Assembly (NCBI GenBank): GCA_965248265.1
Contig: CBDFJF010000002.1
Coordinates: forward strand, 160,001-224,000
From: Candidatus Latescibacterota bacterium
GTDB taxonomy: Bacteria > Latescibacterota > UBA2968 > UBA8231
Direction of reading: 5' to 3'
Length of the DNA stretch: 64,000 nt
Shown: one piece after another, positions 1 to 9,286 of the stretch
How positions within the stretch are numbered: the first letter of the stretch is position 1
Layout: each line of letters starts with the position of its first letter
Program-made: the position numbers and the translations under genes
The notes under the pieces: model-generated
Seen by the model: the letters and a program-made list of their open reading frames with translations, nothing else
The model's database searches: none
What the model was told of the DNA's origin: nothing

Positions 1-216
1 CCACCAGATGTCCTCTTCGGTCGAGGGCTCGCGAATGACGAACTTGTCCCGGGGAGAGCGGCCGGTGTACTTCCCGGTCTGCGCGACTACGGAACCATCT
101 TCGGAGAATGAGGCCTCGCCGCGGTGGACGATCTCTTCACACAATCGCTCCGTGGCCAGATTCGTGAGCACGTTACCCGGACGTTCCAACCCCAACGCTG
201 ACAGTCCAGATTTCAT
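1..216 (-). CDS. pckA: Phosphoenolpyruvate carboxykinase (ATP), N-terminal part, runs off window
   Basis: Minus-strand translation from ATG at 216: MKSGLSALGLERPGNVLTNLATERLCEEIVHRGEASFSEDGSVVAQTGKYTGRSPRDKFVIREP. TGKYTGRSPxDKF is the PEPCK(ATP) signature. Not in the ORF track because it is truncated. Confidence 0.9.
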   Translation of the reverse strand, partial: MKSGLSALGLERPGNVLTNLATERLCEEIVHRGEASFSEDGSVVAQTGKYTGRSPRDKFVIREPSTEEDIWW

Positions 217-446
217 GGCTGCACCAAGTCCCCCCGTGTCCCTTTTTGGAATGGTAACGCTCTGTTTTTGCAGCAGTTGTCTCACTTAGCAGGATACGAA
301 CCCCGGCTCGATATGTCAATCTGACTCGGTGTCTGGGCCTATCGAATCATCTCCGCAAAACTATATTAACTTCAACAGAATGGCAGCATTCTCATTAGCG
401 ATCAATGAGAACACGGGCCAAACGGCCAACACAGGAGGTTGCAGCA

Positions 447-1127
447 TTGTTCTTTTGGGATCCCACATTCGCTTTATTGATTCCGTGTATTCTTCTGGCA
501 CTTTATGCCCAGTCCAAGGTGAAACGGACGTACGCCAAATTCAGACAGATCGGCTCAGCCGCTGGCCTTTCGGGAGCGGAGACTGCTCGCCGACTGTTGC
601 GTGAGAACGGGATTGTCGATGTCGCCGTGGAGGAAGTCGGTGGAGAGCTTTCCGATCACTATGACCCGCGCGACAAGGTGGTCAGGCTTTCATCGGACAT
701 CTACCGAGGCAATCACCTGGCGGGCCTTGCCGTGGCCGCACACGAAGTCGGTCACGCCACGCAACACGCAACGGGCTATTTCGCCCTGAATCTGCGCCAC
801 AGTTTTTTGCCCGTGGCCAACATCGGTACATGGGCAGCGTTTCCGCTGTTCATGGTCGGTTTCTTCTTCAACACGCCTCAATTGATGGATCTGGGCATCC
901 TGTTCTACGCGGTCGTACTGGCTTTTCAGGTCATCACGCTTCCGGTTGAGTTCAATGCCAGTTCTCGTGCCATGGTCCAGTTGGTGGACGGTCGTTATCT
1001 GGCCCCCGAGGAAGGGGTGCTGGCGAAAAAAGTGCTCAATGCCGCGGCACTCACCTACGTCGCTGCGACGGCCACTTCGCTCATGCACCTGGTGCGACTG
1101 CTGATCCTGCGCGGCTCGCGTGACTGA
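447..1127 (+). CDS. Putative neutral zinc metallopeptidase (YugP / Zn_peptidase_2 family), membrane-bound
   Basis: Motifs LSDHYDP, AAHEVGHA (HExxH), TLPVEFNASSRA and AAALTYVAA. TTG start at 447 after AGGAGG at 433-438. Confidence 0.9.
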   Translation: MFFWDPTFALLIPCILLALYAQSKVKRTYAKFRQIGSAAGLSGAETARRLLRENGIVDVAVEEVGGELSDHYDPRDKVVRLSSDIYRGNHLAGLAVAAHEVGHATQHATGYFALNLRHSFLPVANIGTWAAFPLFMVGFFFNTPQLMDLGILFYAVVLAFQVITLPVEFNASSRAMVQLVDGRYLAPEEGVLAKKVLNAAALTYVAATATSLMHLVRLLILRGSRD

Positions 1128-1258
1128 TTGATCGGGTCCTTGCCATGGCAGGGCCTGGTCGCGCTCCGCTGCGGATCGCGCCATACTGCGGATCGGCCAG
1201 TGGTGCGGCGTAAAGCTGCGGATGCGTAAAGCCGCGGCTCGGGTAACCGCGGGTCGCG

Positions 1259-2359
1259 CTATGGGGTAAAGTCGCGCAGGCTTACCGGTCGTCGCTGCGG
1301 ACCCCAGTTGCCGGCCGGGCCATCGAAAACTCCATTACACGGAACGCCACACGCAGTACAGCTACCGCTATCATCCAGGTGCCAACGCGTCAGCCGATAC
1401 CAATCGCGGCCGATGAGCTTCTCGCCGCATGCATGGCAGCTGGTGGTTCCTCCCTCTTCGTCGTGGACATTGCCGGTATAGGCGTAGCGGATGCCGTTGT
1501 CGATGGCGATGCGGCGTGCGCGCGTCAGCGTCTGTGGCGGGGTCGCCGGTTTGTCGAGCATGCGGTAATCGGGGTGGAAGGCGGTGAAGTGCAGGGGTAC
1601 GTCCGGTCCCAGGTGCTCGACGATCCATGCCGTCATGCTGTCGAGCTCGGCATCGGAATCGTTCTCGCCCGGTATGAGCAATGTCGTGATTTCGAACCAG
1701 ACAGAGGTTTCAGTTTTTAAGTATTGAAGAGTTTCCAGCACGGGGGCGAGTTCGGAGGCGCAAACCTGTTTGTAAAAGCGCTCCGTGAAGGCCTTGAGAT
1801 CGACATTGGCCGCATCCATGTGGCGGAAGAATTCTAGGCGCGGTTCGGCACAAATCTCCCCGGCAGTCACAGCCACAGTGCGAACGCCGATTTCGTGGCA
1901 GGCCTGCGCCACGTCGACGGCGTATTCGAGAAAGATGACGGGATCGTTGTAGGTGAAGGCGACGCTGCGACAACCCAGTCGGTGGGCGGCGGTGGCAACG
2001 GTCTCGGGTGTGGCGGCGTCGGCGAGGGTATCGACCTCGCGCGATTTACTGATGTCCCAATTCTGGCAGAACTTGCAGGCCAGGTTGCATCCCGCGGTGC
2101 CAAAGGAGAGCACGGGAGTGCCGGGCAGAAAATGATTGAGCGGCTTTTTCTCGATCGGGTCAATGCAGAAACCGCTCGAACGCCCGTAGGTGGTGAGTAC
2201 GAGTTCGTTCCCCTCGCGGGCGCGGACGAAACAGAGCCCACGCTGACCGTCCTTCAAGCGGCAAAACCGCGGACACAGATCACACTGCAGGCGACCGTCA
2301 TCCATCGCATGCCAATACCGGGCAGGCACGGTGTCGTGGGGGTGGGTTATCTCGGTCAT
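1259..2359 (-). CDS. amrS: AmmeMemoRadiSam system radical SAM enzyme
   Basis: N-terminal CDLCPRFC...C, DPIEKKPLNHF and CNLACKFCQN (CxxxCxxC). Adjacent to MEMO1 and AMMECR1 genes. Start MTEITH chosen. Confidence 0.92.
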   Translation of the reverse strand: MTEITHPHDTVPARYWHAMDDGRLQCDLCPRFCRLKDGQRGLCFVRAREGNELVLTTYGRSSGFCIDPIEKKPLNHFLPGTPVLSFGTAGCNLACKFCQNWDISKSREVDTLADAATPETVATAAHRLGCRSVAFTYNDPVIFLEYAVDVAQACHEIGVRTVAVTAGEICAEPRLEFFRHMDAANVDLKAFTERFYKQVCASELAPVLETLQYLKTETSVWFEITTLLIPGENDSDAELDSMTAWIVEHLGPDVPLHFTAFHPDYRMLDKPATPPQTLTRARRIAIDNGIRYAYTGNVHDEEGGTTSCHACGEKLIGRDWYRLTRWHLDDSGSCTACGVPCNGVFDGPAGNWGPQRRPVSLRDFTP

Positions 2360-2487
2360 AGTGTGCCGGCGACAGGAGGTTGTGGTTTGCTGGTGCAGCT
2401 GGGTGGCAACGAGTATTGTAGTTAGCGAACCGGGCTCAGGCACGTCACCCTTGAATATACAAGCGTCCATCGACAGCGAGGAAATGA

Positions 2488-3312
2488 ATGTCCGTCCGCG
2501 CGGCGGCCGTAGCCGGCCGCTTCTATCCGGCTGATGCAGAGGAACTGACGGCGCAGCTGTGTGCTCTGTTGGCGGCGGTGCCGGAGGACGTGCGCACCAA
2601 GCTGGATGGTCAGGAGCCTGCGACCCTACCCAAAGCTATCATCGCGCCTCATGCAGGATACGCCTATTCGGGTCCAGTGGCGGCATCAGCTTACAGTGCC
2701 TTGCAGCAAGCGCCTGCTGGATCGATTGAACGGGTCGTGTTGCTGGGGCCCTGTCACCGGGTGCCCCTCTACGGATTCGCTCTGGCCGATGCCACCGCTT
2801 TCGACACCCCCCTGGGGGTTGTTCCGGTAGACGGTAGCGTCGATGACCTGCTGTGCCTCGATTGTGTCAGTGTCTCCAGTGCTGCCCATGAACTTGAACA
2901 CTGTCTTGAAGTGCAGCTGCCGTTTCTGACTCATGTGCTGGCGACGTCGTTCACGATCGTGCCCCTGGTTGTTGGTGAAGCCTCTCCCGAACAAGCGTGC
3001 GAAGTACTGCGATCGGTCTGGGGAGGCCCCGAAACACTCATCGTGGTTTCTTCGGATCTGAGTCACTTCCACAGCTATGAGGAAGCGCACTCATTGGACA
3101 GCGAGACCTCAAGGGCGATCGAGGAACTGGCACCTGAGCGGATCCGTCCGGAGCAGGCCTGTGGTCGCACCGTGATTCAGGGCCTGTTGGATGAGGCGCG
3201 GACACGGGGAATGAACGCCAGCATCCTGGATGTGCGTAGCTCCGGTGATACGGCGGGCAGCCGGCAGGAAGTCGTCGGCTACGGCGCCTACATGATCTGC
3301 GAGAGTGGGTGA
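2488..3312 (+). CDS. amrB: AmmeMemoRadiSam system protein B (MEMO1 family)
   Basis: Motifs VAGRFYP, IIAPHAGYAYSG, EHCLEVQLPFL, SSDLSH and VVGYGA. Confidence 0.92.
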   Translation: MSVRAAAVAGRFYPADAEELTAQLCALLAAVPEDVRTKLDGQEPATLPKAIIAPHAGYAYSGPVAASAYSALQQAPAGSIERVVLLGPCHRVPLYGFALADATAFDTPLGVVPVDGSVDDLLCLDCVSVSSAAHELEHCLEVQLPFLTHVLATSFTIVPLVVGEASPEQACEVLRSVWGGPETLIVVSSDLSHFHSYEEAHSLDSETSRAIEELAPERIRPEQACGRTVIQGLLDEARTRGMNASILDVRSSGDTAGSRQEVVGYGAYMICESG

Positions 3313-3339
3313 ATGGGTGAATGAGTGAGTGAAGGAGCG

Positions 3340-3891
3340 ATGGAGCTGACCCTCCAACGGGTACTGCTGGAAACGGCGAGTGCCTCACTGCGACACGGCG
3401 TCGAGCACGGCTGCGCGGTGTCCATTGTTACTGCCGATCACGATGAAAAGCTGCAGCGCCCACAGGCCTGTTTTGTGACGCTGCGCAAGGACGAGGGTCT
3501 GCGTGGCTGCATGGGTTCGTCGCGAGCGCAGCGGCCTTTGATCGAAGACGTTGCACACAATGCCTACGCGGCGGGGTTCCTGGATCCTCGTTTTGGACCT
3601 CTCGAAGCAGACGAACTGGACGGGCTGGACATCAACATTTCCGTGCTCAGCGATGTCGAGGAAATGTTTTTCGATTCGGAAGAGGACCTGCTGTCGCAGG
3701 TGCGGCCAGGTGTGGACGGACTGCTGCTACAGGAAGCCGACCGGCGCTCGACCCTGCTGCCCGCGGTTTGGCAAGTGATCGGTGAGCCGGCGACGTTTCT
3801 GCGTGAGCTGAAACAGAAAGCGGGGCTGGAGCCGGACTACTGGTCCGACGACGTGCGGATGTTCCGCTATACGACGGAGAGCATTCCCTGA
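3340..3891 (+). CDS. amrA: AmmeMemoRadiSam system protein A (AMMECR1 family)
   Basis: Motifs ACFVTL...LRGCMG, DPRF, ISVLS and TLLPAVW...LKQKAGL. GAAGGAG RBS before ATG 3340. Confidence 0.92.
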   Translation: MELTLQRVLLETASASLRHGVEHGCAVSIVTADHDEKLQRPQACFVTLRKDEGLRGCMGSSRAQRPLIEDVAHNAYAAGFLDPRFGPLEADELDGLDINISVLSDVEEMFFDSEEDLLSQVRPGVDGLLLQEADRRSTLLPAVWQVIGEPATFLRELKQKAGLEPDYWSDDVRMFRYTTESIP

Positions 3892-3904
3892 CCTGTCATC
3901 ACCC

Positions 3905-4873
3905 ATGAAGGCATCATCAATACATATGAAGGCAACATCAATGACACGGATACTCTGTTCTACAATGAGATTAACACCCTGTTCTACCGCGCTCTGGGTA
4001 GTTGCTATGATGTGGGCTGTCGAGGTCTGCGCTGATGTCTCGTACGTCGAAGAGATCGTCAATTCCGGGATCGGCGCGGCCAAAGTCGGGGCGCGAAAAA
4101 CCGTGAGGAAGGTGTACGTGAAGGGCCAGAGCCAGCACGTGCGTGACGAGGTCAAGAGCGCCAAGGAGGTCGAAATCGGCACCACGATCCTGCGTCTCGA
4201 CCGTCTGAATCGCTACGATATTGACCACACCAGCAAGACGTTTACCGAACACAAGCTGCGGGCGCGAGCACCCACCACCCAGCAGGATTGGCGGCAGGCA
4301 GCTCATGGCGGCAAGGGTGCATACCCGAAACCTGTGGTCAGTGCCGCCAAGGTTGCTCCCAAGGCGGTCGCCGCTGATCCGAACAGGAAGGTGACCTTCA
4401 AGACGAAAGCGCTGCCGGATACCATGCGGGTCGAGGGCATTCTGTGCCGGAGGGTGGCGGCGGAGATGCGGGCGCGCTACTACGTGCCCGGGACCAAGAA
4501 GGTGAGACGGGAGAACCGTTACCTCTACCAGGCATGGGTGGCGACGGATTTTCCCGGGTACGCTGATATCGAGCGCTTTGAAGCGCAGCGCGAGGCCAAG
4601 ACATCGCTGCCGAGTCAGATCGGTGGTGGGTTGGGTGAGTTCAAGGACGCGATCGAAGACTACGATCGCCTCGACGAGGAGATGAAAGCCCTGGACGGCT
4701 TTCCCATGCAATCGCAATTGAAGGTCTTCACGACCACGTCCTCCAGCTCGAAGGAGAAGGAGCTCTTTCGTCTTTCCCGAAAAGTCAGCTCACTGTCACA
4801 TTCCAACCTGTCTCCCTCACTGTTCGAGGTGTCCAAGGGGCTACGCCGCGTGGACGTAGAGGCAGGACCCTGA
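3905..4873 (+). CDS. Hypothetical exported protein (DUF4412-like)
   Basis: 322-aa ORF with a signal-like hydrophobic stretch and the pattern 'MRVEGILCRRV...WVATDFPG...GFPM...LFEVSKG'. Start uncertain. Confidence 0.55.
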   Translation: MKASSIHMKATSMTRILCSTMRLTPCSTALWVVAMMWAVEVCADVSYVEEIVNSGIGAAKVGARKTVRKVYVKGQSQHVRDEVKSAKEVEIGTTILRLDRLNRYDIDHTSKTFTEHKLRARAPTTQQDWRQAAHGGKGAYPKPVVSAAKVAPKAVAADPNRKVTFKTKALPDTMRVEGILCRRVAAEMRARYYVPGTKKVRRENRYLYQAWVATDFPGYADIERFEAQREAKTSLPSQIGGGLGEFKDAIEDYDRLDEEMKALDGFPMQSQLKVFTTTSSSSKEKELFRLSRKVSSLSHSNLSPSLFEVSKGLRRVDVEAGP

Positions 4874-4882
4874 GCGCCGGCG

Positions 4883-7800
4883 GTGATTGACCGCCGAATA
4901 ATAGTCTCCGCCTCCGCCTTCGCCGCACTGGCGCTCCTGCTGCTGGCCAGCCCGCTGGGCACCTACATCGCCGGTGCTGTGCTGAGTCGCGGGGGAGCTG
5001 CCGGCTCCGGCTGGCAGGTCCGCATTGGCGCCACCAGCGGTTGGCTGATCGGCACGCCGACTCTGCACGACGTGCGCTTCGAAAACGAACACGGCGACAT
5101 CGCCATTCGCGCCGAGCAACTCTCTTATTCACCCTGGTCATCCCATATTCGGATCCGTGGTCCGGTTGTCTCCGTCACCCAAGGCGAAACTGCATCCTCG
5201 ACGGATGCGGATTCGGAGCCGCCCCGATTGCCGGTCGGTGAGTTGCCGTCGGTCTCGCTGACCGGAGGTGTGGTGGAGGTACGGGATGCGACGGACAGTT
5301 TGGTCTTCGTCGCCGAAGGTGTGGAGGTTGAGTCGGCAGCGGCGCCACAAGAGAACGCAGGCGCCGAGCCAGCGGTGTTGGTACAGCTAGCGTCGAAGCG
5401 ATTACAGGTTTCGCGAAACGCGGATTCGCCTCCAATAGAAGGAGTCGCGAAGGTGCGGCTCCTTGTCAGTGCCGACCGGGTTGCTGTCGAGGAGCTGCGC
5501 ATCGATGGCGTGTTCTCCGATCGCTCCCTTGCTGCCCAGGCAAAGGGGATGCTGTTGCTGCACCGGCACTGGCCCCTCGAAGTCGATCTGCTTGTCGAAG
5601 AAAGTGACGGACCAGCACCAGCGAGTGCGAGCACGCGCTTGCATGGGACTCTCTCGCCACTGGCGCTGGAGGGCAATTTCACCGCTGCACTCGCCGACTC
5701 TGCCCTCGGAGATGTGCAACTCGAGTCCGCTGTCACCCTCTCGGACGCGAGGGTTACGCTGGCCAACGCGAAGGCAGGTTTGTTGGGCGGGGAAATAGGC
5801 CTGTACGCGACCTACGCATTCGAAGCAGACTCCGCCACGATCGAAGCTGATGCCTCCAACCTGCAAGCTCACAGGATGGGTCTTGATTTCATGGGTGGTC
5901 TCATGGGTGATCGCATTGACGGCACGCTAGAAGCCACTGTACGACCATCGATTTCCGTTTACTCCGGATCCATGCGAGCCCGCGTGCAGGGAGCGCGTTT
6001 GCTGGATCAACCTCCACACGACGTCGAGTTGGAAGCCGATCTATCACCCTCCGGCCACCTGGATGCTGTCGCCAGAACCAATCTGGGCCGCTTGGCCGTC
6101 ACCGGAGACCTCGACCTGTCCGCGGCGATCTCCTATGACCTGGCACTCGCCGGGCACATCGATCCCACCGCCGTACTCGGACAGGCTGTCAGCAAGTTGG
6201 CCGTCTCCGGTCAAGTGAAGCCCGGCGACGTGCGGGTGCGGCTGAGAGCCGATGAAGTGTCGTACCTGCATGACGTCGTCGGCCCTGTCGGTGTGGATCT
6301 GCAGTTGACGGATGGGCGCTACCTGAGTGCCTCCGCCGTGGTTGAAGGAGATCAGGCGCGGGCCCATTTGAAGGCCGATCTGGAAAGCGGGCAGCTGGAC
6401 ACACTGGAAGCCGTGGTGTCGACGCTGCCCGTCGATCGCGTCCTGAATGAGGCGGACGGTGAGCTGGACGCACACCTGTCCGGTGGCGGCGGCCTGGGTC
6501 TGTCGACGGCGAAGGTCTCGGGCACCATCGGGCTTGGAAGCCTGCAATTGTCAGGTTGGACACTCGGCGACATCACCGCTGCACTGACGCTCGACGAAGG
6601 GCATGGTAAGGTGGAGCTCAACGGGGACGGGCTGGCCGTGGTTGCCTCCGTCGACACGAGCGGCGCCTTTGCCGGCAACGCCACGTTGGCCGGTGCTCGC
6701 TTTGTCAAAGGCAGCGACGACGGAGAGCAGGACCGTATCGTTGCCGGCGGTCATGCCCACTGGGCCGGCAACCTGTCGATGGGGATCGATCAGTGGGAGG
6801 CGGGACTTGAGCTGGACTCGCTGAGCGCGGTGCTGTCGGGCTACGATCTGCACAGCGATGGTCCGGTGCGCATCGATTATGCGGGGGCAGCCACGACCAT
6901 CGACAACACCCGATGGCACACGCCGTTGGGCGATCTCTTGCTGAGGGGCACGGTCGGTGACGAATTGAACTTGTCGGCGGCCATCGATTCGCTGACGCCC
7001 GCTATGGTTGTTCCAGAGTTGGCTGGCTTTGGATCAGCTTACCTCGATCTCACTGGATCGCTGCGGCAACCGCAGGCTGTGGCACAGATCAGTCTGGGTG
7101 ATCTGACCATGGGTGGACACCCGGTCGGCGATTTCGAGGCGCAACTGGCGTTGCGCCAGCCTCAGGCACCGGACAGCATGGTTGTAACTGCGGCGCTGGA
7201 TCAGTCGTTGTTGGGGTTAGCGAAACGGGCGGCGTTGTCGGTGAGGTTCAGCGCGCTTGCCGACGCGGTGGTGGAGGCAGATCTGGTGGAAGCAGCTGAC
7301 CCTTCGCGGGCTTTGCTTCAAATCGAGGCAGTCGATCTCGATGCAAGCGGACCTCTCAGCTATGTGGCCGGGGATTCCCTCTCCGCTTTGTTGGGTGTGC
7401 GAGGTAGATTGTCGCTCCTGGCCAGCAGGCTCAGTGACTGGGGCCATGCCGAGGGCACACTCGAAATCGAACGGCTGGATTTGGGCAATGCGGCAGCGCG
7501 TGTCGGCCTGCAAGCGAAAGAGACGACGGTCGTGCATGTGGCCGAGGGCAAGCGGATCGAGATGCCGGCTGCCGCTGTGTTGCCGGTACAGCGCTTCGAT
7601 GACGAACAGGAGCGGTTCGAAAACGCCGGCATGCTGTCGATGAGGACGGCCAGTCAATCCGACCGGGCTCGCGTCAGCATCGAGCTCGAAGAGGTCGACC
7701 TCAAAGTAATCGAGGCGCTCAGTGCCGGTTCGATCGAGTTGCCAAGCGGTGCGATCGACGGGTCCCTGGCGATCGACGATTCGACGCAGGGCACGGCATT

Positions 7801-9286
7801 GACACTGGAGACGGTCACTTACCTGGATGACTTCGGGGAGCTGGTGATCGATTCCCGGGGAAGTGAAACCAATCTCCATCTTCAAGCCGCCTGGGTGACA
7901 CCCGTCCTCGACAGCCTCGTCGTCACCCTGGATGCTCCGTGGCAGATGCAGGATGGCGTCGTCGACTGGGAGGCGGGACAGGTGCGGGCGCGCTCTGATG
8001 GCATAAACCTGTTTCTGCTTCTGGAGTTGATTCCGCAACTGCAGAACCTGGATGGTTTTGCCCGGGCCGATCTGGAGATCCACGGGCTCGCTGGCCGCTC
8101 GCAGGTGCGTGGCGACATCGAAATCGAAGACCTGGAGTTGTCGTTGCCGGACGTCACACCGGGGTACGTCTTCCCCCACGGAGCTGTCCGTTTCAGCGGC
8201 AGCGGTGGCAGAGGAGAGATCGCCGAGTTTGTCGGCGGAACCGATGGCGGTGGCGGACGCGGACGTCTTGAGTTGTCTGGTTACATCGACCTCTCCGCGT
8301 TAGACGATCCGGACTATGAGCTGGTCGTCGATGCGAAAGGCGTGCCGTACCGCTATGAAGACACCTTCGACGTTCCTGGTCTGAATTTCCATGTGGGGTT
8401 TCGTCGCAACGCCGCAGAGCGGCTGCTGTGGGGTGAGATCAATGTGGATGGCGCCGCCATCGAGCCGACCCTCGTCAACTTCAGTGCCACCACGGTGCCA
8501 CCGCCTCCGGCGCTCAAGAATCCGTTTCTGGAGAGTACGGCCCTGGACCTCTACCTGGATCTGCGCAATACAAGAGTGAAGAACGAGCTCAGCGACATGA
8601 TGCTGGAGGGTAGTTCGCGGCTGTACGGGACCTTTTACAAACCCCGGTTCCAGGGGGAAATCCATTTGCTGGCGGAGGGCAAGATCGCGGTGCTGAGTCG
8701 TGAGTTCTCTCTCACGAAGGGTCGCATCGGGTTGGATCGTCTGGTGCCGACCTACTCCATCCTGGATCTGGCGTACGATCCACTGTTGTTGAACCCGGAG
8801 TTGGATATCGAGGCCGTGGCTGACGTGTGGAACCACGATGATCAAGAGGAGACGGAGGTGGTGATGACGCTGAGCGGCACGGCGCTGCAAAGTGAGCCCG
8901 TGTTCTCCGCGGCCGACCTCGGTGACACTGAGGTGCTCAGCCTGTTGGCCTTCGGCTCTACCAAGAGTTTCCGCACGGACGACCTCTACACCGCGGCCGG
9001 CCAGCTGCTGCTGCGCGGGCAGGTGAGCAAGGTCGGGCTCGACGAGTTTGCCCTGCTGCCTTCGGGCACCGTAAGCGAAAGCATCGGAGAGACCACAGTC
9101 CGGGTCGGGAAGTTCTTCTCGTTTCTGGTTCCCATATGGGTGCGCTATGAAACTCCGACCAGTCTCCCCACCAGCGGAGAGGTCGAGCTCGAATACAAGC
9201 TCGGCTCGTTTTTGAATATCAAAGCAAGCTCCCAATCAGAGTACGATCTGTACGGGGCTGGCATCGGGGTGAAGAAGAGCTACTGA
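4883..9286 (+). CDS. Translocation/assembly module TamB-family (AsmA-like) protein
   Basis: 1467 aa with an N-terminal anchor and beta-taco-like composition. C-terminal 'NPELDIEA...EVLSLLAFG...VGKF...LEYKL' is TamB-like. Coupled (TGATG) to a TamA/BamA-type gene. Confidence 0.8.
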   Translation: MIDRRIIVSASAFAALALLLLASPLGTYIAGAVLSRGGAAGSGWQVRIGATSGWLIGTPTLHDVRFENEHGDIAIRAEQLSYSPWSSHIRIRGPVVSVTQGETASSTDADSEPPRLPVGELPSVSLTGGVVEVRDATDSLVFVAEGVEVESAAAPQENAGAEPAVLVQLASKRLQVSRNADSPPIEGVAKVRLLVSADRVAVEELRIDGVFSDRSLAAQAKGMLLLHRHWPLEVDLLVEESDGPAPASASTRLHGTLSPLALEGNFTAALADSALGDVQLESAVTLSDARVTLANAKAGLLGGEIGLYATYAFEADSATIEADASNLQAHRMGLDFMGGLMGDRIDGTLEATVRPSISVYSGSMRARVQGARLLDQPPHDVELEADLSPSGHLDAVARTNLGRLAVTGDLDLSAAISYDLALAGHIDPTAVLGQAVSKLAVSGQVKPGDVRVRLRADEVSYLHDVVGPVGVDLQLTDGRYLSASAVVEGDQARAHLKADLESGQLDTLEAVVSTLPVDRVLNEADGELDAHLSGGGGLGLSTAKVSGTIGLGSLQLSGWTLGDITAALTLDEGHGKVELNGDGLAVVASVDTSGAFAGNATLAGARFVKGSDDGEQDRIVAGGHAHWAGNLSMGIDQWEAGLELDSLSAVLSGYDLHSDGPVRIDYAGAATTIDNTRWHTPLGDLLLRGTVGDELNLSAAIDSLTPAMVVPELAGFGSAYLDLTGSLRQPQAVAQISLGDLTMGGHPVGDFEAQLALRQPQAPDSMVVTAALDQSLLGLAKRAALSVRFSALADAVVEADLVEAADPSRALLQIEAVDLDASGPLSYVAGDSLSALLGVRGRLSLLASRLSDWGHAEGTLEIERLDLGNAAARVGLQAKETTVVHVAEGKRIEMPAAAVLPVQRFDDEQERFENAGMLSMRTASQSDRARVSIELEEVDLKVIEALSAGSIELPSGAIDGSLAIDDSTQGTALTLETVTYLDDFGELVIDSRGSETNLHLQAAWVTPVLDSLVVTLDAPWQMQDGVVDWEAGQVRARSDGINLFLLLELIPQLQNLDGFARADLEIHGLAGRSQVRGDIEIEDLELSLPDVTPGYVFPHGAVRFSGSGGRGEIAEFVGGTDGGGGRGRLELSGYIDLSALDDPDYELVVDAKGVPYRYEDTFDVPGLNFHVGFRRNAAERLLWGEINVDGAAIEPTLVNFSATTVPPPPALKNPFLESTALDLYLDLRNTRVKNELSDMMLEGSSRLYGTFYKPRFQGEIHLLAEGKIAVLSREFSLTKGRIGLDRLVPTYSILDLAYDPLLLNPELDIEAVADVWNHDDQEETEVVMTLSGTALQSEPVFSAADLGDTEVLSLLAFGSTKSFRTDDLYTAAGQLLLRGQVSKVGLDEFALLPSGTVSESIGETTVRVGKFFSFLVPIWVRYETPTSLPTSGEVELEYKLGSFLNIKASSQSEYDLYGAGIGVKKSY

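Noticed and set aside
972-984. 13-bp match ATGGTCCAGTTGG between the second repeat unit (12242-12254) and the peptidase gene
   Set aside because: Too short and partial to distinguish from chance.
3305-3335. GGGTGAAT/GAGT short tandem repeats before the amrA RBS as a phase-variation tract
   Set aside because: Only 2-3 imperfect units in an intergenic spacer of housekeeping genes.
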